A program made the position numbers and the translations under genes. A stretch of DNA of 64,000 bases from the IMG/VR virus record IMGVR_UViG_3300043172_001414, one strand, 5' to 3'. Below, piece after piece: positions 34,843 to 44,022 of the stretch (positions are counted from its first letter, which is position 1; each line of letters begins with the position of its first letter). Under the pieces are notes generated by a model. The model was not told the origin of the DNA. It was given only the letters and a program-made list of their open reading frames with translations, and did not search any database. This stretch comes from a virus (Duplodnaviria; Heunggongvirae; Uroviricota; Caudoviricetes).

Positions 34843-37800
34843 TTAATACATATGTCATAGATATTAAATACGGTGTGTCGGCTTTGTTCACATCCGGCCC
34901 TCTATCTTGAATCTTTATTTCAGGAAAACCTGATCCATTTTTATGGGCAGTCCAATTAAAAAATTTGTACCCTGCAACCTGTGGTGCTGGGCCACCGCCA
35001 GTAAACCCACCAGGAATCCATCTGAGGTCTGCTGCAGATATGTCATCACTTTCAGATCCTAGCATACAATCGAATGAAATAATATTTATATCGTCCCACA
35101 GTGGTACGCCTATAGCAAAGTTAAGATCTCTAGTTCCGGTATTTTGTGTTATGAACTGTCGGTGAACAGTTTGTATGCCGCCACCAGTGGTAATTGATCC
35201 AGTAACATTAAGATCACCGTCTATACTGACATTGTTATTAGGGGTTAGAACAATGTCACCAGAGTCTGAAGTGATGTTCACATTATTTTCTGCACGTATT
35301 GTTATGTCATTACCTGCATACTGATCAATATAACCTTGAGGCATATAAAGATTGAGATAATTAACTGATGGTGATACTGTTGCATTTATTTGTTCACAAC
35401 CAATTGTTATAGCGTCAAAATAATGACTAGCTGCATGAGATTTCGAAGGAGAAGTCCAGTTTCCAGAACCTTCATCAAATCCTAATGTTCCAGGGTGAAG
35501 GCCAAATCCTAACAGCATTCCATTTGACCCGTATTGGAAATTATCTTCTCCAAATATATATGATTTGTTGTCAGGTGCGCTTACGGTATTGCCGTATACA
35601 GAGTTATGATCACCAAACATATGACTTTTATCATATGTAAATGAAGGTGGAATACCAGCAACATCTTTCTGCCACCATCCCCAGTTATTATCCCCAATTA
35701 TTGTTGAGTTACTTATGTCTTTAAAATCAGTATACGACCCAACGATAGCAAGATTGTTAGATGCAGATACTGAGTTACCCTCTCCAATTACATTACTAAA
35801 ACGAGATATACTATCAGCACCAGCATCTGTACCTATAGTATTATAAGGCCCTATTACGTTATTAGAGTGACCATATACTACAGAATAACTAGCATTAATC
35901 ATCGAATTGCTATAACCAAAAGAGCTTGCATAAACAGAGCTAGATATAAATCCATAATTACTGTTAAGTCCACCAGTTGGATAATCCTTTATAGTGTTCA
36001 ATTTACCAGATATTATAATATTTTGTCCACTGGCTCCATCTTCAATAGTATTATACTGACCGCCAATAATTTGTGAATTATTGTTGGTAGATTTAATTGC
36101 ATTATGTTGACCACCTATTACTGAGCTAAATAATGCATCTGTTGATATGAGGTTTTGTTTACCACCAACTACAGAAGAGTTGAAACCATAGTTAAAGTTA
36201 TTTTCACCACCTAGAATTGATGAATTTTCTGCATCTTGTGATATTAAATTATTAAAGCCACCAATAATAGATGAACCTTCCACTCCATTATCTATAATAT
36301 GATCTTGACCGCCAATGATTGTTGCATCAGTACAGTTAAAATTAATTGTATTATTACGACCGTTTATTATGGTAGATCTCAAAGAGTTGTTTTCAATTGT
36401 ATTTAATTGACCACTAATTATAGAAGAATATTCAGACTCTGCAGAAATAGAACTGCTCCAACTACCAAATATAGATCCGTATTGACCACCACTAATTATA
36501 TTACATCGTGCACCAGATGCAATTACACTAAAATTATTATCTATGCTATGGTTTTGGCCTCCCAATATAGAACTACCAGATCCTGTAGCTGATATGATAC
36601 TAGAAGAAGCGCCAATAATAGCACTTCTAGGTGCTGATGTAAATACATTACTCCCATGACAAAAAGAAGTAAGACCTGCTGCAACAGCTAGAGATCCCAT
36701 TGCAACACTATTACCACCTTCTGCTATGGTTCTATCACAAATTGCAAATGAATTAGATCCGTATGCAAGAGTAACATAGCCCATTGCGGTATCATGCACA
36801 CTAAGTGCTGCAGTGTTATATCCTGTTGCAAATGACGCAAAGTCATCTGCTGATGTCTCATAACCCATAGCTATTGAAGCATTGCCACTCGCAGAGGTTC
36901 CAAAACCAAATGATAAATTTGGTGCTGATCCTGATGTTTCTATGTGCAATGCACCAGAATCTAATACTTCAAATGTAGCAGATTTAGAAGTATAATCTTT
37001 GGTTAACTTTAGTTGTGGTTCATTTTCTTTTGTTATCTCTAAACCAGCTCTAGGTTCCCATGAGCCACTAAATCCTGATGTACCTATAGCTACATCACCG
37101 TGATAAAATAAGCCGTTCTGAGCGCCTGATACTGGCGGTGTTTTAACCCAGTCATCTGTAGCTATAAATAATTCATTTCCTGGGTCTATAATAAAATCTA
37201 ATGCTAGAGTTATATCTACTGATCCTGATCCATTACCATCAGTTCTAACATATTGAGTCTTATTGAATAATACTTCACCAAATAACACTGGATTATACGT
37301 GTTATCTGTTGTTCCATCACTAAGCAATTTCTGTATATAAAAAGCGCCCTTGTTAAATTTAAGGCTACCGTTCTTTATACCAACAGTTGCTTGAAATGTC
37401 GCAATCTGATTGTCTGGTGTTGGGTTTGCTGGGGCATATACTACCCCACCCCATAATAGATCTCTATCTGCAATCTGTGATACTTCTGATGCAGATGAGA
37501 TTATCTCTACAGGCGAGTTGTAGAAAAAATCACCAGGAACATTATTATATTTTGCTTCCGGTATATTGGTTCCACTCACCATATTGCTTAGTGGGTGAAT
37601 AATAAGTGGATCTGCGTTATCTACTAAAATGTTTATAGGTGCTGTATCTGATTGAGATGTTGTTTGAACAAGTCCAGTTACAAGGTTAACTGAAGTACCT
37701 GATTCTTCATACACAAAGTATTCGCTATCATTCAAATCGTACGCAGAGGTGAAACCTATATTTTCAAAGTTCCATAGTTTTTCACCTATTAATGTTTCGT

Positions 37801-37990
37801 GTGTATCTGCACTAGATGCTGCGTTTAACAAAGGGATCACGTCTGTGGCAAGCCCTGCACTTAGTGCTGTATGTATTTCAGGATCTATTCTTTGGTCATA
37901 TATAGGCAAAAAATATTTAATGGAAAACTTCGGTAATGATTGATTAATTACTGCATCCAATCCTGCTGATGTGATTATAACATCTGCCAT
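34838..37990 (-). CDS. tail fibre / adhesin-like protein with beta-solenoid repeats
   Basis: N-terminal ITSAGLDA (baseplate-attachment type); S(A/I)AMG YadA-head-like and SSIIGGxxN repeats. Confidence 0.8.
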   Translation of the reverse strand: MADVIITSAGLDAVINQSLPKFSIKYFLPIYDQRIDPEIHTALSAGLATDVIPLLNAASSADTHETLIGEKLWNFENIGFTSAYDLNDSEYFVYEESGTSVNLVTGLVQTTSQSDTAPINILVDNADPLIIHPLSNMVSGTNIPEAKYNNVPGDFFYNSPVEIISSASEVSQIADRDLLWGGVVYAPANPTPDNQIATFQATVGIKNGSLKFNKGAFYIQKLLSDGTTDNTYNPVLFGEVLFNKTQYVRTDGNGSGSVDITLALDFIIDPGNELFIATDDWVKTPPVSGAQNGLFYHGDVAIGTSGFSGSWEPRAGLEITKENEPQLKLTKDYTSKSATFEVLDSGALHIETSGSAPNLSFGFGTSASGNASIAMGYETSADDFASFATGYNTAALSVHDTAMGYVTLAYGSNSFAICDRTIAEGGNSVAMGSLAVAAGLTSFCHGSNVFTSAPRSAIIGASSSIISATGSGSSILGGQNHSIDNNFSVIASGARCNIISGGQYGSIFGSWSSSISAESEYSSIISGQLNTIENNSLRSTIINGRNNTINFNCTDATIIGGQDHIIDNGVEGSSIIGGFNNLISQDAENSSILGGENNFNYGFNSSVVGGKQNLISTDALFSSVIGGQHNAIKSTNNNSQIIGGQYNTIEDGASGQNIIISGKLNTIKDYPTGGLNSNYGFISSSVYASSFGYSNSMINASYSVVYGHSNNVIGPYNTIGTDAGADSISRFSNVIGEGNSVSASNNLAIVGSYTDFKDISNSTIIGDNNWGWWQKDVAGIPPSFTYDKSHMFGDHNSVYGNTVSAPDNKSYIFGEDNFQYGSNGMLLGFGLHPGTLGFDEGSGNWTSPSKSHAASHYFDAITIGCEQINATVSPSVNYLNLYMPQGYIDQYAGNDITIRAENNVNITSDSGDIVLTPNNNVSIDGDLNVTGSITTGGGIQTVHRQFITQNTGTRDLNFAIGVPLWDDINIISFDCMLGSESDDISAADLRWIPGGFTGGGPAPQVAGYKFFNWTAHKNGSGFPEIKIQDRGPDVNKADTPYLISMTYVLI

Positions 37991-38027
37991 GTATAACTCC
38001 TGGTCAATATCTTATTGTATTTATTAT

Positions 38028-38035
38028 TATTTATA
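38028..38035 (-). promoter_or_regulatory. T4-type late promoter
   Basis: TATAAATA upstream of tail fibre gene. Confidence 0.75.
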
Positions 38036-39230
38036 AATTAGCTGATGGTTTGTTCCACGCTACTTGAATGTTGTTTTTGATCATTACGCCAGCTTGGGCA
38101 CCATTACCATTAAGACCTACTGTTATAAGATCCATATCGTATCGAGAGTTTATACCTTCAAATACAGTATTTATGGGTCTTATTGAATTAACAGCGTCTT
38201 TTACTCGATCAATATTATTGATCCAGTTTGGGAGGGTTATTTTAGTATCTACTACGATTACAAAGTGTGGTGATGGAAAATAGTCTTGACGATTTACGCC
38301 AAATTCAGTTGATATATCAACACCATCTTTTTTATCTTCAGCAAGCCAGTTTTCATCATAGTCATTTGTAAAAAGTGTTTCAAGCTCTCCGATGATACCA
38401 AATGAAAATAATGCTATCTTGACCGCATTATCTGTAGTTTTTATTCTATACCAGTTTGGTAAGTTTCTTACTACAAATCGTAGGTATTCTCCCTCTTGTT
38501 TTTCTAAGGTACAAATTTGATCCGGTGTAAGGTTATCAATATCATCTGCATCGACATCACCAACTCTAAACGATCCAATGTCAGTTCTGTTTACGTCCAG
38601 TCCATCATATCCCATAAAAGAGGCTAGAAATTGGATATATTCTTCATCTATCGTATCTGCGTCGTGTAATGTGGTTAGCCTTTCTATCTTTTTAAGGATA
38701 GATATATGACAATGACCTTCACAATCATTACCAACTTCATACATTGTATTTTCATAGTCTTGAAAGAACTTCATAAAATCAAACACTTCAGATTCAACCA
38801 AGTGTTGAGGTAAGAAGTTTGTTAAGTTTATAAGTCTGTTATTATCTAAAGAATCATCTAAAGGGTCTACACAACTAAAGTACCATTTACCGTCAGCTGC
38901 TGTTGTGCTGTTGTCATAGATATCACTTGCTGAAACTATAACGTCACCACTTGCTGAAATGTTAATGACATCGAACTCGACATCATTTACAGCAACTTCA
39001 ACAAAACTGCTGTAATCTATTTCACCTAAACTTTCCGATGTAAGGACAAATCCAGCGGAAGTGATAATATTAATACTTGTCCCAATAGGGTTACTATCTT
39101 TTATTCTAACATGTACAGATCCTGTACCCTCTATAATCATTTTAGATTCTGGTTGAGAATTAGAAAATGTAATTACTGGTGGATATATGTCTGTATTCTG
39201 TTGGAAATCCCAATTAATATTTTGTGGCAT
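38031..39230 (-). CDS. baseplate wedge subunit (gp7/tail protein I-like)
   Basis: FLPQHL...FMKFFQDY, DADTIDEEYIQFLASFMG, NWYRIKTT, IRPINT. Confidence 0.7.
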   Translation of the reverse strand: MPQNINWDFQQNTDIYPPVITFSNSQPESKMIIEGTGSVHVRIKDSNPIGTSINIITSAGFVLTSESLGEIDYSSFVEVAVNDVEFDVINISASGDVIVSASDIYDNSTTAADGKWYFSCVDPLDDSLDNNRLINLTNFLPQHLVESEVFDFMKFFQDYENTMYEVGNDCEGHCHISILKKIERLTTLHDADTIDEEYIQFLASFMGYDGLDVNRTDIGSFRVGDVDADDIDNLTPDQICTLEKQEGEYLRFVVRNLPNWYRIKTTDNAVKIALFSFGIIGELETLFTNDYDENWLAEDKKDGVDISTEFGVNRQDYFPSPHFVIVVDTKITLPNWINNIDRVKDAVNSIRPINTVFEGINSRYDMDLITVGLNGNGAQAGVMIKNNIQVAWNKPSANL

Positions 39231-41893
39231 TATGGTTCTCCCAAATCATTTGATCTTATTGCTATACCAGTTACACCACCAGATGCATCTGAAGATTTTA
39301 AATCAACATGAACAACATCTAATGTATCTGATGCACTTATATACCAAAACTCTTCAGTCGATAAGTCTATATAATCTAAAGGATCTCCAACAATATTTAT
39401 GTTAGATGCTGCGAGAGAAGTTCCAGATAATAGATTTACTGAGTCTGAATTTCCTGATATATTGATTGCATCAACTGCACTAATATTAAAGTGATTAAAA
39501 TTAACTGTTGACCCTATATTCATTGTAAAGTTTTGTGTGTATATGTTATTATTAATATCAATTACTTCAGTTGATGAATTTATTGTTAATGGTGGCATTA
39601 TGATATCTGTTAGTGGGGACATTATACTAGTAGTATCACCATTTACGTAAAAACCACCACCTCCACCTAAATCGAAACTATCTACAAATGCTAAATCTAG
39701 TTGGTCTGTAGATATTATCCAATCTTTTGATCCCATTAAAAATATAAGTTCATCTTCAGGTGGAAAACCTGTTGCTATTGTAAGTAATCCTGATCCCTGT
39801 AACATTAATATATCTGGGTCGTTGGCTGAGGCATCTATTACTAATAAGCTACCTTGTTGAGAGCTATTAATAAAGAGGCCATCAAGGTATGTATGTTGTC
39901 CATCTCCAAATGTCATAGTTGTAGTTGAAGCGAAAGGACTGCCATCGTTAGATACTGATACTTTTCCCCCATAAAATCTTCCAGTTATTACATTATCAGA
40001 AAAAGTATAATGAACTTTAGTATTTAAAGTGCCTGTGTTTGAAAGTGAACCACCGAATAATGTTATTGTGTACAATGCTGTAGAACCAGATCTTTCAGAA
40101 TCTATAATTGCATTTTCACCAAACGATGATTGCGCCCCATCTAATGTAAGATTAGAATGCATCATAAATGTACCACTGACATTAAAGTTTTCAGTCAATC
40201 TCAGAGATTTATCTGCGAAATAATTTACATGTGCATTTTCTGTTATTTCCAATGTTTGCAAAGATGCGGTAGCAAATTCTTGACCTAGATTTAATACGCA
40301 TGAGTTTATTAATATTAATTTGCCTCCTGTTTCTTGTGTCAATGAACTGAATCCATTAAAGTCACAAATACTACCCTCAATTGTCAAATCGAATGACGAT
40401 AAGTTTATACTTCCACTACCTGCATTTGATGTTAGGTTATATACTGATTGGTTTGAGTCTAATACACATGGGACTGTTGACACACCACCATCAAAAGCTG
40501 CTACTGATCCTATGCTTGGTATTTCATTATTTTGCCAGTTTCCAGGATTAGACCAGTTAGAATTTATTGCACCAGTCCAAATTTGTTCACCACCTAGAAT
40601 AAAATTAGTGTTAATAACAAATGCTGGTCTAGTTTCATTTCCCAATGTTGTTTCCAACGACGAAAAATATGGGCCTTCTGTAACTGGTGAAGATTCAACT
40701 TCATACTTTGTAACTACGCCTTTATTATTTGCTGATGTGGTTGGAATCATCCATGATTTAATAATGTCTTTGTCTGTTATTTCCCATCTTGCAAATTCAA
40801 GATTGTCATGGACTGATAAACCTGTAAAATTAGTGTCTGACATATTGGCGCTAACGTTGTCAACTTCAGTATTCCATGTCGCTGTTGATGAATCGAAATC
40901 TGATGATAACATATTTAGATCCATTGTAGTTGCAGTAAAAGTATTAACTGTATACTTCCAAAATTCTGCTGCTCTAACGTCTGTTAAGCTTTCTGCAGAA
41001 GTTCCTAGTGCAAGAACTTGATCTCTAAATGGAACGCTAATAGGGTAGTATTCTAGTATTCTCACATTTGCACCAGGGCCTTTACGTAGTAAGTGTAAAG
41101 GATCACTATTAAAAACTGTCGCTGGGAATAACTCTTTTATAATATTATCTTTAGTTGGGTATACTATTCTATTATATGTTTTTGTATTGTCACCGTCTGC
41201 ACTTAAGGGGTAAACTGAAGTCTCTGGGTCTATAGTTGCTGAGGTTATATATTCGGTAACAATAGCCCAGTCAGGAGACGTTGGATTTGTCTTAGTTTCT
41301 GTACTATTGAATTCTAATACGAATGTATGATTGTCTTCAAAGTCAGTAGCTGTAGTAGCGGTATAGCAGTGCTCAGGTTCGTAATCATATCTTGTATCTG
41401 AATTTGTAGACCATGTATTAACGCCATGGTGTGTTGTGATTGAGTTACCTTCATAACCAGAGCCTGATAACGGTAATGTACCTTGAACAAATCTAGTTGC
41501 TCTTTTAATTGAAAATCTATCTCGTTCTGGGTATATGTGGGGTGGTTTATCTTCAGTTATAAATGCAATATCGTCTGGGGCTGCGAATACAGCTAGACCA
41601 GGGCCAGCACCACCGAATGGTGTTGGAACTTGACCTAATCCATATGTGAGTGAACCAGGCCATCTAGTGTTAAGGTACTGAACGATTCTATAGTTTGATA
41701 GATCAATAGATTCGACTGGGTCGTGAGATGTAATTCTAAATGTGTACTCAACGTCAGTACTTGTCGCTACAGTACGTTTAACTTCCAAATTAATTTTTTG
41801 GGGTAGTTGTATTTCATTAAGAATAAGATTCGAAACACCATCTTCTTGAAGAAGGTGTCCACCATCTTCTTTTAATATAAAATTAAACGCCAT
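39230..41893 (-). CDS. virion structural protein with DNRLRE-like domain and beta-helix
   Basis: LLQEDG N-terminus; FDSSTATWNT, WEITDKDIIKSW, NKG, FSSLE, RPAFVI; WTGAINSNWSNPGNW. Confidence 0.65.
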   Translation of the reverse strand: MAFNFILKEDGGHLLQEDGVSNLILNEIQLPQKINLEVKRTVATSTDVEYTFRITSHDPVESIDLSNYRIVQYLNTRWPGSLTYGLGQVPTPFGGAGPGLAVFAAPDDIAFITEDKPPHIYPERDRFSIKRATRFVQGTLPLSGSGYEGNSITTHHGVNTWSTNSDTRYDYEPEHCYTATTATDFEDNHTFVLEFNSTETKTNPTSPDWAIVTEYITSATIDPETSVYPLSADGDNTKTYNRIVYPTKDNIIKELFPATVFNSDPLHLLRKGPGANVRILEYYPISVPFRDQVLALGTSAESLTDVRAAEFWKYTVNTFTATTMDLNMLSSDFDSSTATWNTEVDNVSANMSDTNFTGLSVHDNLEFARWEITDKDIIKSWMIPTTSANNKGVVTKYEVESSPVTEGPYFSSLETTLGNETRPAFVINTNFILGGEQIWTGAINSNWSNPGNWQNNEIPSIGSVAAFDGGVSTVPCVLDSNQSVYNLTSNAGSGSINLSSFDLTIEGSICDFNGFSSLTQETGGKLILINSCVLNLGQEFATASLQTLEITENAHVNYFADKSLRLTENFNVSGTFMMHSNLTLDGAQSSFGENAIIDSERSGSTALYTITLFGGSLSNTGTLNTKVHYTFSDNVITGRFYGGKVSVSNDGSPFASTTTMTFGDGQHTYLDGLFINSSQQGSLLVIDASANDPDILMLQGSGLLTIATGFPPEDELIFLMGSKDWIISTDQLDLAFVDSFDLGGGGGFYVNGDTTSIMSPLTDIIMPPLTINSSTEVIDINNNIYTQNFTMNIGSTVNFNHFNISAVDAINISGNSDSVNLLSGTSLAASNINIVGDPLDYIDLSTEEFWYISASDTLDVVHVDLKSSDASGGVTGIAIRSNDLGEP

Positions 41894-41904
41894 GATTTAT
41901 CCTA

Positions 41905-43983
41905 TTATGAAACTGCTGTTACTAATCCGTTTACTACTGTTATATTTGATACTGCACCTGAGAAACTTACTCCTGGTGTTCCATTAACAGAGTATGAGCC
42001 ATTCAGGTCAAATACTCCCGATGAAAAGTCTGCAGATATCAATGGACTCGCTGAGTCTGAATTATGTATAATAAGTGTATTATCATCGCTTAGAGTCTTA
42101 CCTGCATCATAACCAATTTTAACACACCCACTTGTAGATGTGTTAGCAGCTCCTGCCCCATATCCTATCATGACGTTTCTATCACCAAGAAGTGATTCGC
42201 CAGCGAAACTACCGATAGATACGTTAAAGTCAGCTGATAATGAGGAAGCCATTGTATTCCATCCTACAGCAACATTTGAAGACCCTACAGTACTGTTTAA
42301 TGTATTATCACCAATAGCGACATTTTGAGATCCCGATGAATTTTGTCCTGACTTATGACCAATTAATACATTGGATGTTGATGATCCTGCTATGTTCTGT
42401 CCTGCATATGCGCCTATAGCCACATTGCTATTTACAGCTGTTGGTATTTGCAATGCAACATAACCAATGGCAACATTTTCGCTACCACCGATATTACTAA
42501 ATAATGAATTACTACCTATTGCTACGTTTTGATCGCCAGTTGTATTGAAGCTTGATTGTGAGCCTATGGCAACATTTAACGTGCCCGTATTATTAAATCC
42601 AGATCTATATCCTATAAACTCACATTGAGTTCCAATTGAATTATTACCAGCTTCTCCACCTATCAGTGTACATTTATTTGCAGATGATGAACCGCCTGAA
42701 CCCATACCAACAAACGTATTATCATCTTGAGATGTTAAACCGCATCCAGCACTAGTTCCAATTATTGCATTGTGATTTCCGATTGTTAGACTTTTAGCTG
42801 CATGCGAGCCGATCACAGTATTTAACTCACCTGTAAATCCTGCGTCACTACATGCGAGTGCACCTATTGCGATATTATTATCACCTTGAGAATATTTTCC
42901 TGCACCTTGTCCTATCATGACAACATCATATCCGTTACCACTGCTAAATGCATTTGCACCAATACCAGTATTGGAGTTACCTGATGCTAAATATCCAGAT
43001 TTATACCCTATAAAAGTATTTGAATGTTCATCAGTAGCAACACCTGCATAACTACCAACTAAAGTGTGATACATGCCTGATGCACTAGCTCCTGCTTTTG
43101 ATCCAATTGCTACAGAATTTGTATTTGAGTTTTCTTTAAATGCCTCAAACCCAATTGCAACTGTGTCATGACCGCTAAGATTCTCAACTAAAGTATCTGA
43201 ACCTAATGATGTATTATTTGCACCTGTAGAGTTATAACCAGAGTTTATACCTATTGCAACGTTGTAATCACCTGCATTATCATGACCTGCATCTCTACCA
43301 ATCATAACTGAATAAGATGCACTTGTATTACGTCCTGCAGAATCACCAATCCATACAGAACTAGAAGCGTCAGCATAAACACCTGCCCTATAGCCCATAA
43401 TAGTATTATACCATCCACCACCACCGCCAACATCACCACCAGGGAGATGGCTTCCAGTGAAACCAGATCCGGCTTCAGTTCCAACAATAGTATTGCGGAG
43501 TACGACTTCAAGTGCTCTTCCTGCGTATTGTCCAATTATAAGATTTCCCTGGCCGTCGTACGATTGACCAGATGCAGCACTAGTACCAATTATTACCTCT
43601 GTAGTACCACCTCCGTGTCCACATACACTATTTCCGATGTAAACTCCGCTTGCATTACCGTCCGCTACAGCACTGGTTCCTATAACTACAGATTGTGATG
43701 TAGATGTGGAAGCCCTACCTGCATTAAGACCAAAAAATATATTGTCACTTCCTGTGTTGTCTTGTCCTGCAAATTCACCAATAAATAAATTATGATTAGG
43801 TGTGGCACTGACATGGGTGTCAACTGAAGTAACATCTCCAAGATCGGAATGTTGTTTTAAACTTAAGTCCAGTAGATCAACCGCATTAATTTTTTTTGTT
43901 TCAGAATTTTGAACGATAGCTAAAGGCTCCGTTCCTGCTAGAGCACCTGCGACATTTAAGTCGGATATTTTTTCGTCAGCCAT
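41905..43983 (-). CDS. tail fibre / adhesin-like protein with NxAIG/NxFIG repeats
   Basis: MADEKISDL N-terminus; many NVAIG, NTFIG, SVMIG repeats. Confidence 0.8.
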   Translation of the reverse strand: MADEKISDLNVAGALAGTEPLAIVQNSETKKINAVDLLDLSLKQHSDLGDVTSVDTHVSATPNHNLFIGEFAGQDNTGSDNIFFGLNAGRASTSTSQSVVIGTSAVADGNASGVYIGNSVCGHGGGTTEVIIGTSAASGQSYDGQGNLIIGQYAGRALEVVLRNTIVGTEAGSGFTGSHLPGGDVGGGGGWYNTIMGYRAGVYADASSSVWIGDSAGRNTSASYSVMIGRDAGHDNAGDYNVAIGINSGYNSTGANNTSLGSDTLVENLSGHDTVAIGFEAFKENSNTNSVAIGSKAGASASGMYHTLVGSYAGVATDEHSNTFIGYKSGYLASGNSNTGIGANAFSSGNGYDVVMIGQGAGKYSQGDNNIAIGALACSDAGFTGELNTVIGSHAAKSLTIGNHNAIIGTSAGCGLTSQDDNTFVGMGSGGSSSANKCTLIGGEAGNNSIGTQCEFIGYRSGFNNTGTLNVAIGSQSSFNTTGDQNVAIGSNSLFSNIGGSENVAIGYVALQIPTAVNSNVAIGAYAGQNIAGSSTSNVLIGHKSGQNSSGSQNVAIGDNTLNSTVGSSNVAVGWNTMASSLSADFNVSIGSFAGESLLGDRNVMIGYGAGAANTSTSGCVKIGYDAGKTLSDDNTLIIHNSDSASPLISADFSSGVFDLNGSYSVNGTPGVSFSGAVSNITVVNGLVTAVS

Positions 43984-44014
43984 TTTTTGTCCTTAGTATG
44001 AGTATACTTTTTTA

Positions 44015-44022
44015 TATTTATA
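44015..44022 (-). promoter_or_regulatory. T4-type late promoter
   Basis: TATAAATA upstream of 43983. Confidence 0.75.

Noticed and set aside
40320-41021. 233-aa plus-strand ORF and similar antisense ORFs (e.g. 13945-14442, 22875-23267, 48089-48799, 58334-58726)
   Set aside because: They lie entirely opposite well-supported genes and show no recognisable motifs.
34838-43983. Diversity-generating retroelement acting on tail fibres
   Set aside because: No reverse transcriptase in the window, and no TR/VR pair differing at adenines was seen; the repeats are protein-level solenoid repeats.
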